A stretch of 64,000 nt of DNA from Octopus sinensis (GCF_006345805.1 NC_043023.1:20522001-20586000); one strand, 5' to 3'. Shown: positions 1 through 9,339, counted from the stretch's first letter. Notes: generated from the letters alone by a model not told the origin. Program-made: numbers and translations.

Positions 1-77
1 TACTGAAATACTACTAGGTGAAATTTGTTGATTTTATTAAATTAATTATATTTCACCCTTTATATGTATGTGTGTGT

Positions 78-497
78 GTGTAAAAAGCACCCACTACACT
101 CACGGAGTGGTTGGTGTTAGGCGGCGAGTTGGCAGAATCATCAGCACGCCGGGCGAAATGCTGGGCTGTATTTCGTCTGTCTTTATGTTCTGAGTTCAAA
201 TTTCGCCGAGGTCGACTTTGCCTTTCATCCTTTCGGGGTCGATAAATTAAGTACCAGTTACACACTGGGGTCAATGTAATCGACTTAATCCGTTTGTCTG
301 TCCTTGTTTGTCCCCTCTGTGTTTAGCCCCTTGTGGGTAGTAAGGAAATAGGTGTTAGGAAGGGCATCCAGCTGTAGAAACATTGCCAGATAAGACCGGA
401 GCCTGGTGCAGCCTCCTGGCTTCCCAAATCCCCGGTCGAAACGTCCAACCCATGCTAGCATGGAGAACGGACGTTAAACGCTGATGATGATGATGAT
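78..497 (+). mobile_element. 3' end (3' UTR) of an RTE-clade LINE, interrupted by a SINE at 121-350
   Basis: TAAAAAGCACCCACTACACT...AGGAAGGGCATCCAGCTGTAGAAAC...GGACGTTAAACG(ATG)n tail. Same family as 56224-56795, whose 5' part encodes an RTE-like ORF2 C-terminus (LTEEMTSDRDLWKYAVREKTR). Confidence 0.7.
121..350 (+). mobile_element. tRNA-derived SINE family 2, single monomer
   Basis: Box A-like TGGCAGAATC, box B GAGTTCAAATT, body ...AAGTACCAGTTAC(G/A)CACTGGGGTC..., ends GAAATA. Flanked by the direct repeat GGTGTTAG (113-120 and 351-358), consistent with a TSD. Confidence 0.85.
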
Positions 498-509
498 ATA
501 TTATTATTA

Positions 510-760
510 TATGTAAAAAAATACAAACTGGGACAAGAACGTAAAACACTTAGAAGACGACACAAAAAACACGGACAGGACATTTGAAGCCCTCAATCTT
601 CAGTCAAGAACCGGATCATCGTAGCAATTTCGGCTGATTAATCTTGAGATCGCTCCGATCCGGCCAGCCCCAAGGAAAAACTAAGCTACGAGCATTAAAT
701 TTCTTGGAAGAAGGATCGAATGTATACGAAACAGGGACAGAAAAACGGACGATGCCACAC

Positions 761-765
<5 letters not shown>
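510..765 (-). repeat. interspersed repeat fragment next to (TA)n, possibly Penelope-like
   Basis: GC-richer island abutting (TA)n 765-828. Contains GGCTG..CAGCCGAAA, resembling the stem II end of the hammerhead elements, but without an intact core. Confidence 0.3.
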
Positions 766-827
<62 letters not shown>

Positions 828-1035
828 AAATTTAAAGGACTGTATGTAAAAATATTTTACTCTTCGGGTTTTTTTAATATGCTAATGCCACTGATTTTAA
901 TTGATTAATATCGATTTCTACCCTTATTCAATTATATATGTATATATATATATAATAATAAATATTAGGGAATGAATCCAAAATTACAGGGAAAAATCAG
1001 ATTTAGGGTTAAATCCAATTTTATAGTAAAATATT

Positions 1036-1361
1036 ATATAATATAATTCGAGACAAAACCACTATTTTAAAACCAAACAAGGAAAGACTTAATCAATACA
1101 TAAAATTTTAATATAAATTAAATAAACCGCCACTACAAATGTTTCATGTCTGCTACCGACAATCTTCAGGTGGATTTTCGATCTTCTAATCAGTATCATA
1201 ATTTGATACTGATTAGAAGATCGAAAATCCACCTGAAGATTGTCGGAGCAGACATGAAACATTTGTAGTGGCGGTTTATTTAATTTATATTAAAATTTTA
1301 TGTATTGATTAAGTCTTTCCTTGTTTGGTTTAAAATAGTGGTTTTGTCTCGAATTATATTA

Positions 1362-1366
<5 letters not shown>
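1036..1366. repeat. near-perfect palindrome (arms ~160 bp, 7-nt loop at 1198-1204), Penelope-like element end
   Basis: 1045 ATAATTCGAGACAAAACC...CAGTATC / GATACTG...GGTTTTGTCTCGAATTAT 1356 are reverse complements. Flanked by AT-rich/(TA)n sequence. Confidence 0.9.
1229..1272 (+). ncRNA. type I hammerhead ribozyme motif (mirror copy at 1130-1173, minus strand)
   Basis: CCAC-CTGAAGA-T-TGTC(GGAGCA)GACA-T-GAA-ACA(TT)TGT-A-GTGG: stem I CCAC/GTGG, core CUGANGA and GAAA, GUA cleavage triplet. Confidence 0.7.
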
Positions 1367-1394
<28 letters not shown>

Positions 1395-1403
1395 TTTACC
1401 AAA

Positions 1404-1735
1404 TTTGCCATCAAGATGTAGGACAAGATACTGTGATAGCCTGGGCTTCAGAGGCCCACAGCTCTTCAATATCCTCCCGAAGAACCTGAAGGACCTGCAT
1501 GGGGTGGATGCAGATGTCTTTAAAGTAGGACTGGATCTCTTCCTGTCAGGTGTCCCGGATGAACCAACTTCACGGCAGGAGGTGCAGATGAGGGTAGCTG
1601 CATCGAACTCTCTCTCATGCACCAAATGGCAATTGCTAAAAAGCATTCATGAAGTAAAATTATGTAGCAACACCAAATGGTGGTGCCCCAGCATGGCCAC
1701 AGCTCATGAGCTGAAACTAGATAAAATAAAAAAAA
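1404..1735 (+). mobile_element. 5'-truncated CR1-clade LINE (ORF2 C-terminus and 3' tail)
   Basis: Encodes GFRGPQLFNILPKNLKDLHGVDADVFKVGLDLFLSGVPDEPT. Matches the 3' end of the LINE at 28500-28830. Confidence 0.85.
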
Positions 1736-1768
1736 TATATATATTTTATTTTATTAATATATATATAT

Positions 1769-2112
1769 AGGTGCAGGAGTGGCTGTGTGGTAAGTAGCTT
1801 GCTTACCAACCACATGGTTCCGGGTTCAGTCCCACTGCGTGGCACCTTGGGCAAGTGTCTTCTGCTATAGCCCCAGGCCGACCAATGCCTTGTGAGTTGA
1901 TTTGGTAGACGGAAACTGAAAAGAAGCCTGTCGTATATATGTATATATATATATGTGTGCTGGTGTGTTTACGTCCCCGTCACCTAGCGGTTCGGCAAAA
2001 GAGACCGATAGAATAAGTACTGGGCTTACAAAGAATAAGTCCCGGGGTCGATTTGCTCAACTAAAGGCGGTGCTCCAGCATGGCCACAGTCAAATGACTG
2101 AAACAAGTAAAA
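1769..2112 (+). mobile_element. tRNA/CORE-type SINE family 1, full length
   Basis: GG(T/C)GCAGGAGTGGCTGTGTGGTAAG head, box B GGTTCAGTCCC, CORE-like GGCACCTTGGGCAAGTGTC, internal (TA)n, tail ...CAGCATGGCCACAGTCAAATGACTGAAACAAGTAAAA. Confidence 0.9.
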
Positions 2113-2387
2113 AAAAATATATATATATATATATATTTACACACAGAGTTATTTCCCTTTGCAAGATTTAGTTTCTCTTTCTACCGTTTGGGTTTAAAAT
2201 CAGAGGAGAAAAACAAAAAAAAAAACTCCGTTGTTTTTTTTTTTAGGTTGTGTTATGTCATATAGAATTACTTTGCAGTTTGACAAATGGGGATCAATGT
2301 AATGTGGAAGTGCTCAAGCACTTCACTGCAACAAGAAAGAAAGAAAAACGAAAAAACGCCTGGATGTGTTTGTGACTGAGATTATAC

Positions 2388-2866
2388 GTGATTGCGGCTG
2401 GTTTAGTGGTTAGGGATGTTCAGCTTATGATTGTGAGGTCCAGAGTTCAATTCCCAGAGGTGCAGTGTCTCCTTGAGAAAGACTTGTTATTGCCCGTTGG
2501 TCCAGTCCACTCAGCTGGCAAAAATGGGTTCTCCCTGTATTTCAAAGGGCCGGCCTTTTCACGTTCTGTATCATGCCGAATCACCCCACCCCAAGAAATT
2601 CATTGAAGAGACACGTGTCTGTGGAGTACTCGGCCACTTGCAGGAGCAGCCTGTTCTGTTGATGAGAAACTGGGACCCATGTTGTGTGTGGGAGCACTCT
2701 GTCGGTTACAACGACAAGGGTCCCAGCTGATACGATCGAAGGAACAGCTTGCTTGTGAAATTAACATGCAAGTGGCTGAGTACTCCAGACACGTGTAGCT
2801 TCAAGGAAGTTCTGAGGGAGATTCAGAGTGTGACAAGGCTGGCACCCTTTGAAATACAGGTGCAGC
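2388..2866. mobile_element. SINE family 3: forward copy (2388-2685) and reverse copy (2693-2866), tail-to-tail
   Basis: tRNA-like TGGTTTAGTGGTTAG...GAGTTCAATTCCC head plus CORE-like TCCTTGAGAAAGAC. ACACGTGTCTGTGGAGTACTCGGCCACTTGCA is mirrored by TGCAAGTGGCTGAGTACTCCAGACACGTGT. Confidence 0.7.
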
Positions 2867-3014
2867 CCCAGGCCATCCAAAGTGCCTTGGATCGCAGGAC
2901 GGCCTGCTGTGCCCACCTTGGATCGTAGGGCGACCTGCTGGGCTTGCGGAGACCTAATGAGTCAAGTACATCGACATCAAAATAAAAATCAAATGGAAAT
3001 TGTAGTTGTGATAA

Positions 3015-3332
3015 CTGTGCCGGTGGCATGTAAAAAGCACCATCCGAAAGTGGCTGATGCCACCGCCTCCTGACTGGCTTCCATGCTGGGGGCACATAAA
3101 AAGCAACAACCGATCGTGGCCATTGCCAGCCTCCCATGGCACCTGTGCCGGTGGCACGTAAAAAGCACCCACTACACTCATGGAGTGGTTGGCGTTAGGA
3201 AGGGCATCCAGCTGTAGAAACACAGCCAGATCAGACTGGAGCCTGGTGCAGCCTCCTGGCTTCCCAGACCCCGGTCGAACTGTCCAACCCATGCTAGCAT
3301 GGAGAACGGACGTTAAACGATGATGATGATAC
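3015..3332 (+). mobile_element. RTE-clade LINE 3' fragment
   Basis: GGTGGCA(C/T)GTAAAAAGCAC subrepeats, GGAAGGGCATCCAGCTGTAGAAAC, (GAT)n tail. Confidence 0.75.
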
Positions 3333-3554
3333 ACACACACCAAGTTGTGAAGATGCAGGTGAAGTGATCCAGGTGGTTAGCCTACAATCGCAATGGTTAT
3401 GAAAATCAAGCAGAACAGTCGATGGCCCTGACCAACATGTTGCTGGCAAAATCTGAAAGAATTGTTTTTGCTGATCTTATCATCACAACATCCAGTTTTC
3501 AATGCTTTCATTGGTCAAATGGAGTTTATCAAGAGAGATTTTCAGTGGCTGATG

Positions 3555-3557
<3 letters not shown>

Positions 3558-3585
<28 letters not shown>

Positions 3586-3761
3586 AGGAGAAAGGTAGAG
3601 AGAGAGAAAGGGAAGGAGAAAGGTAGAGAGAGAGAGGGGGGAGAAGAATGGAAGAGAGAGAGAGGGGAGAAGAATGGAAGAGAGAGAGAGAGAAGAAGAA
3701 TGGAAGAGAGAGAGAGAGAAGAAGAATGGAAGAGAGAGAGAGAGAGAGGGGAGAAGAATGG

Positions 3762-3798
<37 letters not shown>

Positions 3799-3836
3799 AG
3801 AACGGAAGAGAGAGAGAGAGAGAGAGAGAGACAGTT
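3558..3836. repeat. (GA)n / GGAGAAGAATGGAAGAGAGA purine microsatellite
   Basis: Direct reading of the sequence. Confidence 0.95.
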
Positions 3837-3956
3837 ATATGATGGTTGTGGGTAGTGACGTTGAGAAAAAGAAAACACTGACAGAGGAAGGGGAAATAGG
3901 GACTGGCTGAAGGGATTTGATAAAAAAAGGGGATAAAATTACAGGAAAAACATCCT

Positions 3957-4725
3957 CTACTTACTAAGTCTTTCGTCAATACTTGGTAAAGAGTGACCAG
4001 GAGGGGTGGTCACACTCGTCTTGTTGTTGGGTTGTCTGCTGCCCTTCGTCACCTCCCGACCGGCTCCTCGTTCAATGACATCTTCATCTCCACTGGTCAT
4101 AGCGGGACCCACATCCTTCCTGCGAGTCGCCTCCATATTCGTCTTAACCGCCCCTTTTCCCTTCTTCGTCTCCTCGGCTGACGACTCTCCCCTTTTCGCT
4201 TTTTTCCCCTCCTTGTCTTTCGCGTCCCCCTTTAATTTACTCGTCTTTGTCCCCTTGTTTTCTTTCGCCGTCGCTTTCTGTGGCACCGACATTTGTCCGC
4301 TGTCCGCAGCTGTGGTCAACCTGCCATGGACGTTGTCGTCTATGTCGGCCAGGAAGCGGCGATGCTGCCGTGAAAGCGATGTATGCACAGTGACCCTTTT
4401 TGAAGGCCCTGTCCGGCCAAGAAGCACGTCAAGCTCTCGTCTCATACAGACAATATCATTGTCATCATCAGCATCATCACCATCATCGTCTTCAGGGTAG
4501 CAGTGGTGGTGGTCAGGACGATGGCCGATGATGTCTGTAGCACCACTGTCGAGGGGACCCAGTTTATCTTGGCAGTCGGGGACCTGCTTGTCCCCTAATC
4601 CACTCCCATAGTTTTCCTTCTCCCAGTCATCGTCATCGTCGTCATCATCTACCACAAGAGCGTTTGAAGATTTGTTCAAGTACACGAGAGGGTTCCGGAA
4701 CATTTTCACAGCATAATCTTCGTCT
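3957..4725 (-). CDS. probable terminal coding exon of an unidentified host gene (~256 aa, acidic then Lys/Glu-rich, low complexity)
   Basis: Stop-free frame DEDYAVKMFRNPLVYLNKSS...SIDERLSK* preceded by a pyrimidine-rich acceptor TTGTTGTTGTTCTCATTGCAG| (AG at 4727-4726, phase 2). GC-rich, non-repetitive composition. Upstream exons not found. Confidence 0.6.
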
Positions 4726-4865
4726 CTGCAATGAGAACAACAACAACATTAAAACAACAACAAAAACAGTATTTTTATACAGGCACAAAAGTAATGGGTG
4801 GGGTGGGGGGTGATCCTGTAGATCCATTGGCAGACAAAATGCCGCTCAGGTGAAGTTGATTACAA

Positions 4866-5348
4866 CCACTCCATCATCACCACCACCATCATTATCCTCA
4901 CCATCCGTATCACCACCATCATCATCATCATCCTCATCATCATCATCACCACCACCATCATCATCATCATCACCATCACTATCCTCACCATCCGCATCAT
5001 CACCACCACCACCACCACCACCACCACAACCACCACCATCCTCACCATCCGCATCATCACCACCACAACCACCACCATCCTCACCATCCGCATCATCACC
5101 ACCACAACCACCACCACCATCACCATCCTCACCATCCGCAGCATCACCACCACAACCACCACCACCATCACCATCCTCACCATCCGCAGCATCACCACCA
5201 CCACCACCATCATCACCATTCTCACCATCCGCATCATCACCATCATCACCACCACCACCACCATCATCACCATCCTCACCATCACCACCACCACCACCAC
5301 CACTACCATCATCATCACCATCTGCATCACCACCATCATCATCATCAT
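4866..5348. repeat. (CAT/CAC)n-derived minisatellite with CCACCATCCTCACCATCCGCATCA units
   Basis: Continuous with the (CAT)n tail of the RTE fragment starting at 5340. Confidence 0.9.
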
Positions 5349-5762
5349 CGTTTAGCGTCCGCTTTCCATGCTAGCATGGGTTGGACGGTTCAACTGGGGT
5401 CTGGGAAGCCAGAAGGCTGCACCAGGCCCAGTCTGATCTGGCAATGTTTCTACAGCTGGATGCCCTTCCTAATGCCAACCACTCCGTGAGTGTAGTGGGT
5501 GCTTTTTATGTGCCACCGGCACAAGTGCTAGACGAGGCTGGTAACGGCCATGATCAGATGGTGCTTTTTATGTGCCACCGGCATGAGGCCAGTTGGGGCG
5601 GCGTTGGCAATGTTGATCGATTTTGATTCTCACTTGCCTCAACAGGTCTTCACAAGTAGAGTTTTGTGTCCCAAGAAGGAAAGGTATGCATAAATGGACT
5701 GGCTACATCCCAGGTAGAGGCCACGGGTTATGGTCTCACTTGTCCTGCCGGGTCTTCCCACG
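5340..5762 (-). mobile_element. RTE-clade LINE 3' fragment
   Basis: CATCATCGTTTAGCGTCCG...TTTCTACAGCTGGATGCCCTTCC...TTTTTATGTGCCACCGG subrepeats. Confidence 0.75.
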
Positions 5763-5957
5763 CACAGTTTTATATTTAAGAGATGAGGAATTATGTACAG
5801 AGTGGACCAAAATGATCTGACACGTTTGGAGGCTTAATAAAAGTACAAAATAAGAAATAAGAAATAAGAAAAATTTTATTTTCTGAATGTACATATAATG
5901 CCATTTTATTTCATTAAGTTTTAAAAATTAAATCAGCTACAATTAAATTTAATTGTA

Positions 5958-6294
5958 GGCGCAGGAGTGGCTGTGTGGTAAGTAGCTTGCTTACCAACCA
6001 CATGGTTCCGGGTTCAGTCCCACTGCGTGGCACCTTGGGCAACTGTCTTCTACTATAGCCTCACGCCGACCAAAGCCTTGTGAGTGGATTTGGTAGATGG
6101 AAACTGAAAGAAGCCCGTTGTATAGGCGCAGTGGTGGCTGTGTGGTAAGTAGCTTGTTTACCAACCACATGGTTCCGGGTTCAGTCCCACTGCGTGGCAC
6201 CTTGGGCAAGTGTCTTCTACTATAGCCTCACGCCGACCAAAGCCTTGTGAGTGGATTTGGTAGACGGAAACTGAAAGAAGCCCGTCGTATATAT

Positions 6295-6330
<36 letters not shown>

Positions 6331-6535
6331 ATATGTTTGTGTGTCTGTGTTTGTCCCCCTAGCATTGCTTGACAACCGATGCTGGTGTGTTTGCGTCACC
6401 GTAACTTAGCGGTTCGGCAAAAGAGACTGATAGAATAAGTACTAGGCTTACAAAGAATAAGTCCTGGGGTCGATTTGCTCGACCAAAGGCGGTGCTCCAG
6501 CATGGCCACAGTCAAATGACTCAAACAAGTAAGAG
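5958..6535 (+). mobile_element. SINE family 1 with tandemly duplicated 5' half
   Basis: Head 5958-6120 is followed by a second head from 6125 and then the tail. Confidence 0.9.
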
Positions 6536-6844
6536 AGTATAAGAGATTAAAGCTAAATACTTCCCATCATTGTCAAGAAACTGTTGGAGACGTTCAGGAA
6601 AGTTATCGATAACTCTTTGGATCATTTCTTCTGGAATGGTTGCTATTTCTACACAAATTACACGTTTTAATTCCTCAATAGATCGAGGGGGATGACTGAA
6701 TACATTTGGTTTGAAATATCCCCACAAGAAGAAATCACATTTAACCATTCCAGAAGAAATGATCCAAAGAGTCATCGATAACTTTCCTGAACGTCTCCAA
6801 CAGTTTCTTGACAATAATGGGAGGCATTTCGCTTTAATCTCTTA

Positions 6845-7059
6845 TACTCGCTTACTTGTTTCAGTCATGTGACTGCGGCCATGCTGGAGCACCGCCTTTG
6901 GTCGAGCAAATCGACCCCAGGACTTATTCTTTGTAAGCCCAGTACTTATTCTATCAGTCTCTTTTGCCGAACCACTAAGTTACGGGGACGTAAACACACC
7001 AGCATCGGTTCTCAAGTGATGATGGGGGGACAAACACAGACACACAAACATATACACAC

Positions 7060-7094
<35 letters not shown>

Positions 7095-7255
7095 ACAGGC
7101 TTCTTTCAGTTTCCGTCTACCAAATCCACTCACAAGGCTTTGGTCGGCCCAAGGCTATAGTAGAAGACATTTGCCCAAGATGCCACGCAGTGGGACTGAA
7201 CCCAGAACCATGTGGTTCGTAAGCAAGCTACTTACCACACAGCCACTCCTGCGCC
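6845..7255 (-). mobile_element. SINE family 1
   Basis: Reverse complement of the family-1 sequence, mirror of 5958-6535. Confidence 0.9.
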
Positions 7256-7398
7256 TACAATTAAATTTAATTGTAGCTGATTTAATTTTTAAAACTTAAT
7301 GAAATAAAATTCAGAAAATAAAATTTTTCTTTTCATTATTTCTTATTTTGTGGTTTCATTAAGCCTCCAAATGTGTCAGATCATTTTGGTCCACCCTG

Positions 7399-7600
7399 TA
7401 TATTATTTACATTTGACAGATAATTGTCCTCATCTTGTTTGTTGTTAACACAACATTTCGGCTGATATACTCTCCAGCCTTCATCAGGTGTCTTGGGGAA
7501 ATTTCAAACCTGGCTTCTAATTCCTTAGGTATTCTTTGATATCATTATTTTTATCGTTATTGTTATTATTATTCCACTGGTGTCATTATATTCTCAGCCA
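7399..7600 (-). mobile_element. hammerhead-bearing element, minus copy split by the mariner insertion (its 3' end is at 5763-5797); HHR at 7447-7492
   Basis: Reverse complement GACAC-CTGATGA-A-GGCTG..CAGCC-GAAATGT-TGTGTT. Joining GAGGAATTATGTA (5785-5797) to TTATTTACATTTGAC restores the sequence seen at 7754-7782. Confidence 0.75.
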
Positions 7601-7730
7601 AGTGGTATCAGCTTTGAGTCTCTACATCTACCCAGGCAAGTTAGATGCTTTGAAAGACAAACTAGTTTTTGATGGAGTTTCTCTATATGTCTCCATTGAA
7701 GTCTAATGTTGGCTCCGTACCGATTAGATA

Positions 7731-8229
7731 ATACAGTTCTACATTTAAGAGACGAGGAATTATTTACATTATTTACATTTGACGGATATTTGTCCTCATC
7801 TTGTTTGTTGTCAACACAACATTTTTGCTGATATACCCTCCAGCCTTCATCAGGTGTCTTGGGGTAATTTCGAACCTGGGTTTTTATTCGTAAGGTATTT
7901 TTCGATATTTATATTATTATTATTATTATTAAGGTCACTACCTGGAATCGAACTTGGAATCTTGGGGTTAGTAGCCTGTACTCTTAACCACTATGCCACG
8001 GCATATGGCGTAGTGGTTAAGAGCATGGGCTACTAACCCTAAAATTCTGAGTTTGATTCCAAGCAGTGACCTCAATAATAATAATGGAAAATACCTTACG
8101 AATGAGAACCTAGGTTCGAAATTTTCCCAAGACACCTGAAGATGGCTGGAGGGTATATCAGCTGAAACGTTGTGTTAACAACAAACAAGATGAGGACAAA
8201 TATCCGTCAAATGTAAATAATGTAAATAA
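7731..8229. mobile_element. head-to-head inverted pair of a tRNA-head + hammerhead SINE-like element
   Basis: Palindrome centred near 8002. Each arm has box A TGGCRTAGTGG and box B GTT(C/T)GATTCC, then (AAT)n, then a hammerhead motif. Confidence 0.8.
8132..8175 (+). ncRNA. minimal type I hammerhead ribozyme motif
   Basis: ACAC-CTGAAGA-T-GGCTG(GAGGGTATAT)CAGCT-GAA-ACGT-T-GTGT, with a palindromic ACGU helix III. Confidence 0.75.
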
Positions 8230-8499
8230 GTGTCTCCTTAGTCAGCTAACTGTGGGGACTGACAGAGTTTTTAATCAAATAACTCTCTACTGCCCAAGGT
8301 TCCACGCAGTGGGGCTGAACCCGAAACCATGTTGTTGGTAAGCAAACTACTTACCACACAGCCACGCCTGTGCCTTTATATATACACTTTATATACCTTA
8401 TGCACAATTTTATAGACTTAATACACAACACTCATAAAATAAATATTCACTCTTATTTTTCCATTTTCCCCCATAAACGAAAAGAAAAGTAGAAAAGCA

Positions 8500-9080
8500 C
8501 TCACAGGAGTGGCTGTGTGGTAAGTAGCTTGTCTACCAACCACATGGTTCCGGGTTCAGTCCCACTGCGTGGCACCTTGGGCAAGTGTCTTCTGCTATAG
8601 CCTCGGGCCAACCAAAGCCTTGTGAGTAGATTTGGTAGATGGAAACTGAAAGAAGCCCATTGTATAGGCGCAGGAGTGGCTGTGTGGTAAGTAGCTTGTT
8701 TACCAACCACATGGTTCCGGGTTCAGTCCCACTGCGTGGCACCTTGGGCAAGTGTCTTCTGCTATAGCCTCAGGCCGACCAAAGCCTTGTGAGTGGATTT
8801 GGTAGACGGAAACTGAAAGAAGCCCGTCGTATATATGTATGTATATATATATATATATGTATGTGCATGTGTGTGTTTGTGTGTCTGTGTTTGTCCCCCT
8901 AGCATTTGCTTGACAACTGATGCTGGTGTGTTTACGTCCCCGTCACTTAGCGATTCGGCAAAAGGGACTGATAGAATAAGTACTGGGCTTACAAAGAATA
9001 AGTCCCGGGGTCGATTTGCTCGACTAAAGGCGGTGCTCCAGCATGGCCGCAGTCAAATGACTGAAACAAGTAAAAGAGAG
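8500..9080 (+). mobile_element. SINE family 1 with duplicated 5' half
   Basis: Head 8503-8662, second head from 8667, then (TA)n and tail. Confidence 0.9.
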
Positions 9081-9139
9081 AGTACAGTCCTCTGCCAAGC
9101 AGCCCATTTCCACCCATATACACCATATACAAATTTGGG

Positions 9140-9312
9140 GGCAGAGATCATCGATTACATCAACCCCCAGTGTGTAACTGGTACTTATTTCATCGACCCC
9201 GAAAGGATTAGAAACAAAGCTGACTTCGGTGGAATTTGAACTCAAAACTTTGCAGCAGATGAAAGGTCCCTGAGCCGATCACCCAACATGCTAACGATTC
9301 TGCCAGCTCACC
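9140..9312 (-). mobile_element. SINE family 2-related monomer (others at 10060-10255 and 52890-53058)
   Basis: Reverse complement of head/box B/AAGTACCAGTTACAC body. Confidence 0.7.
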
Positions 9313-9339
9313 ATTTAAATAATAATAATAATAATAATA

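Larger units (their letters stand above)
5798..7398. mobile_element. Tc1/mariner fold-back element with TA TSD and a SINE-1 mirrored in both arms
   Basis: TA|CAGAGTGGACCAAAATGATCTGACAC ... GTGTCAGATCATTTTGGTCCACCCTG|TA. The centre encodes a transposase C-terminus (CDFFLWGYFKPNVFSHPPRSIEELKRVI...FPERLQQFLDNDG). Unique spacer 6642-6742. Confidence 0.85.

Noticed and set aside
590-700. Third hammerhead family (minus strand, CTGAAGA and CAGCCGAAA)
   Set aside because: The two core halves are in the wrong order and no closing stems are present in this copy.
8005-8072. Functional tRNA gene
   Set aside because: Acceptor and anticodon stems are poorly paired, no poly-T terminator follows, and it continues into a repeat body; treated as a SINE head. 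The same applies to 2395-2455 and the family 1 and 2 heads.
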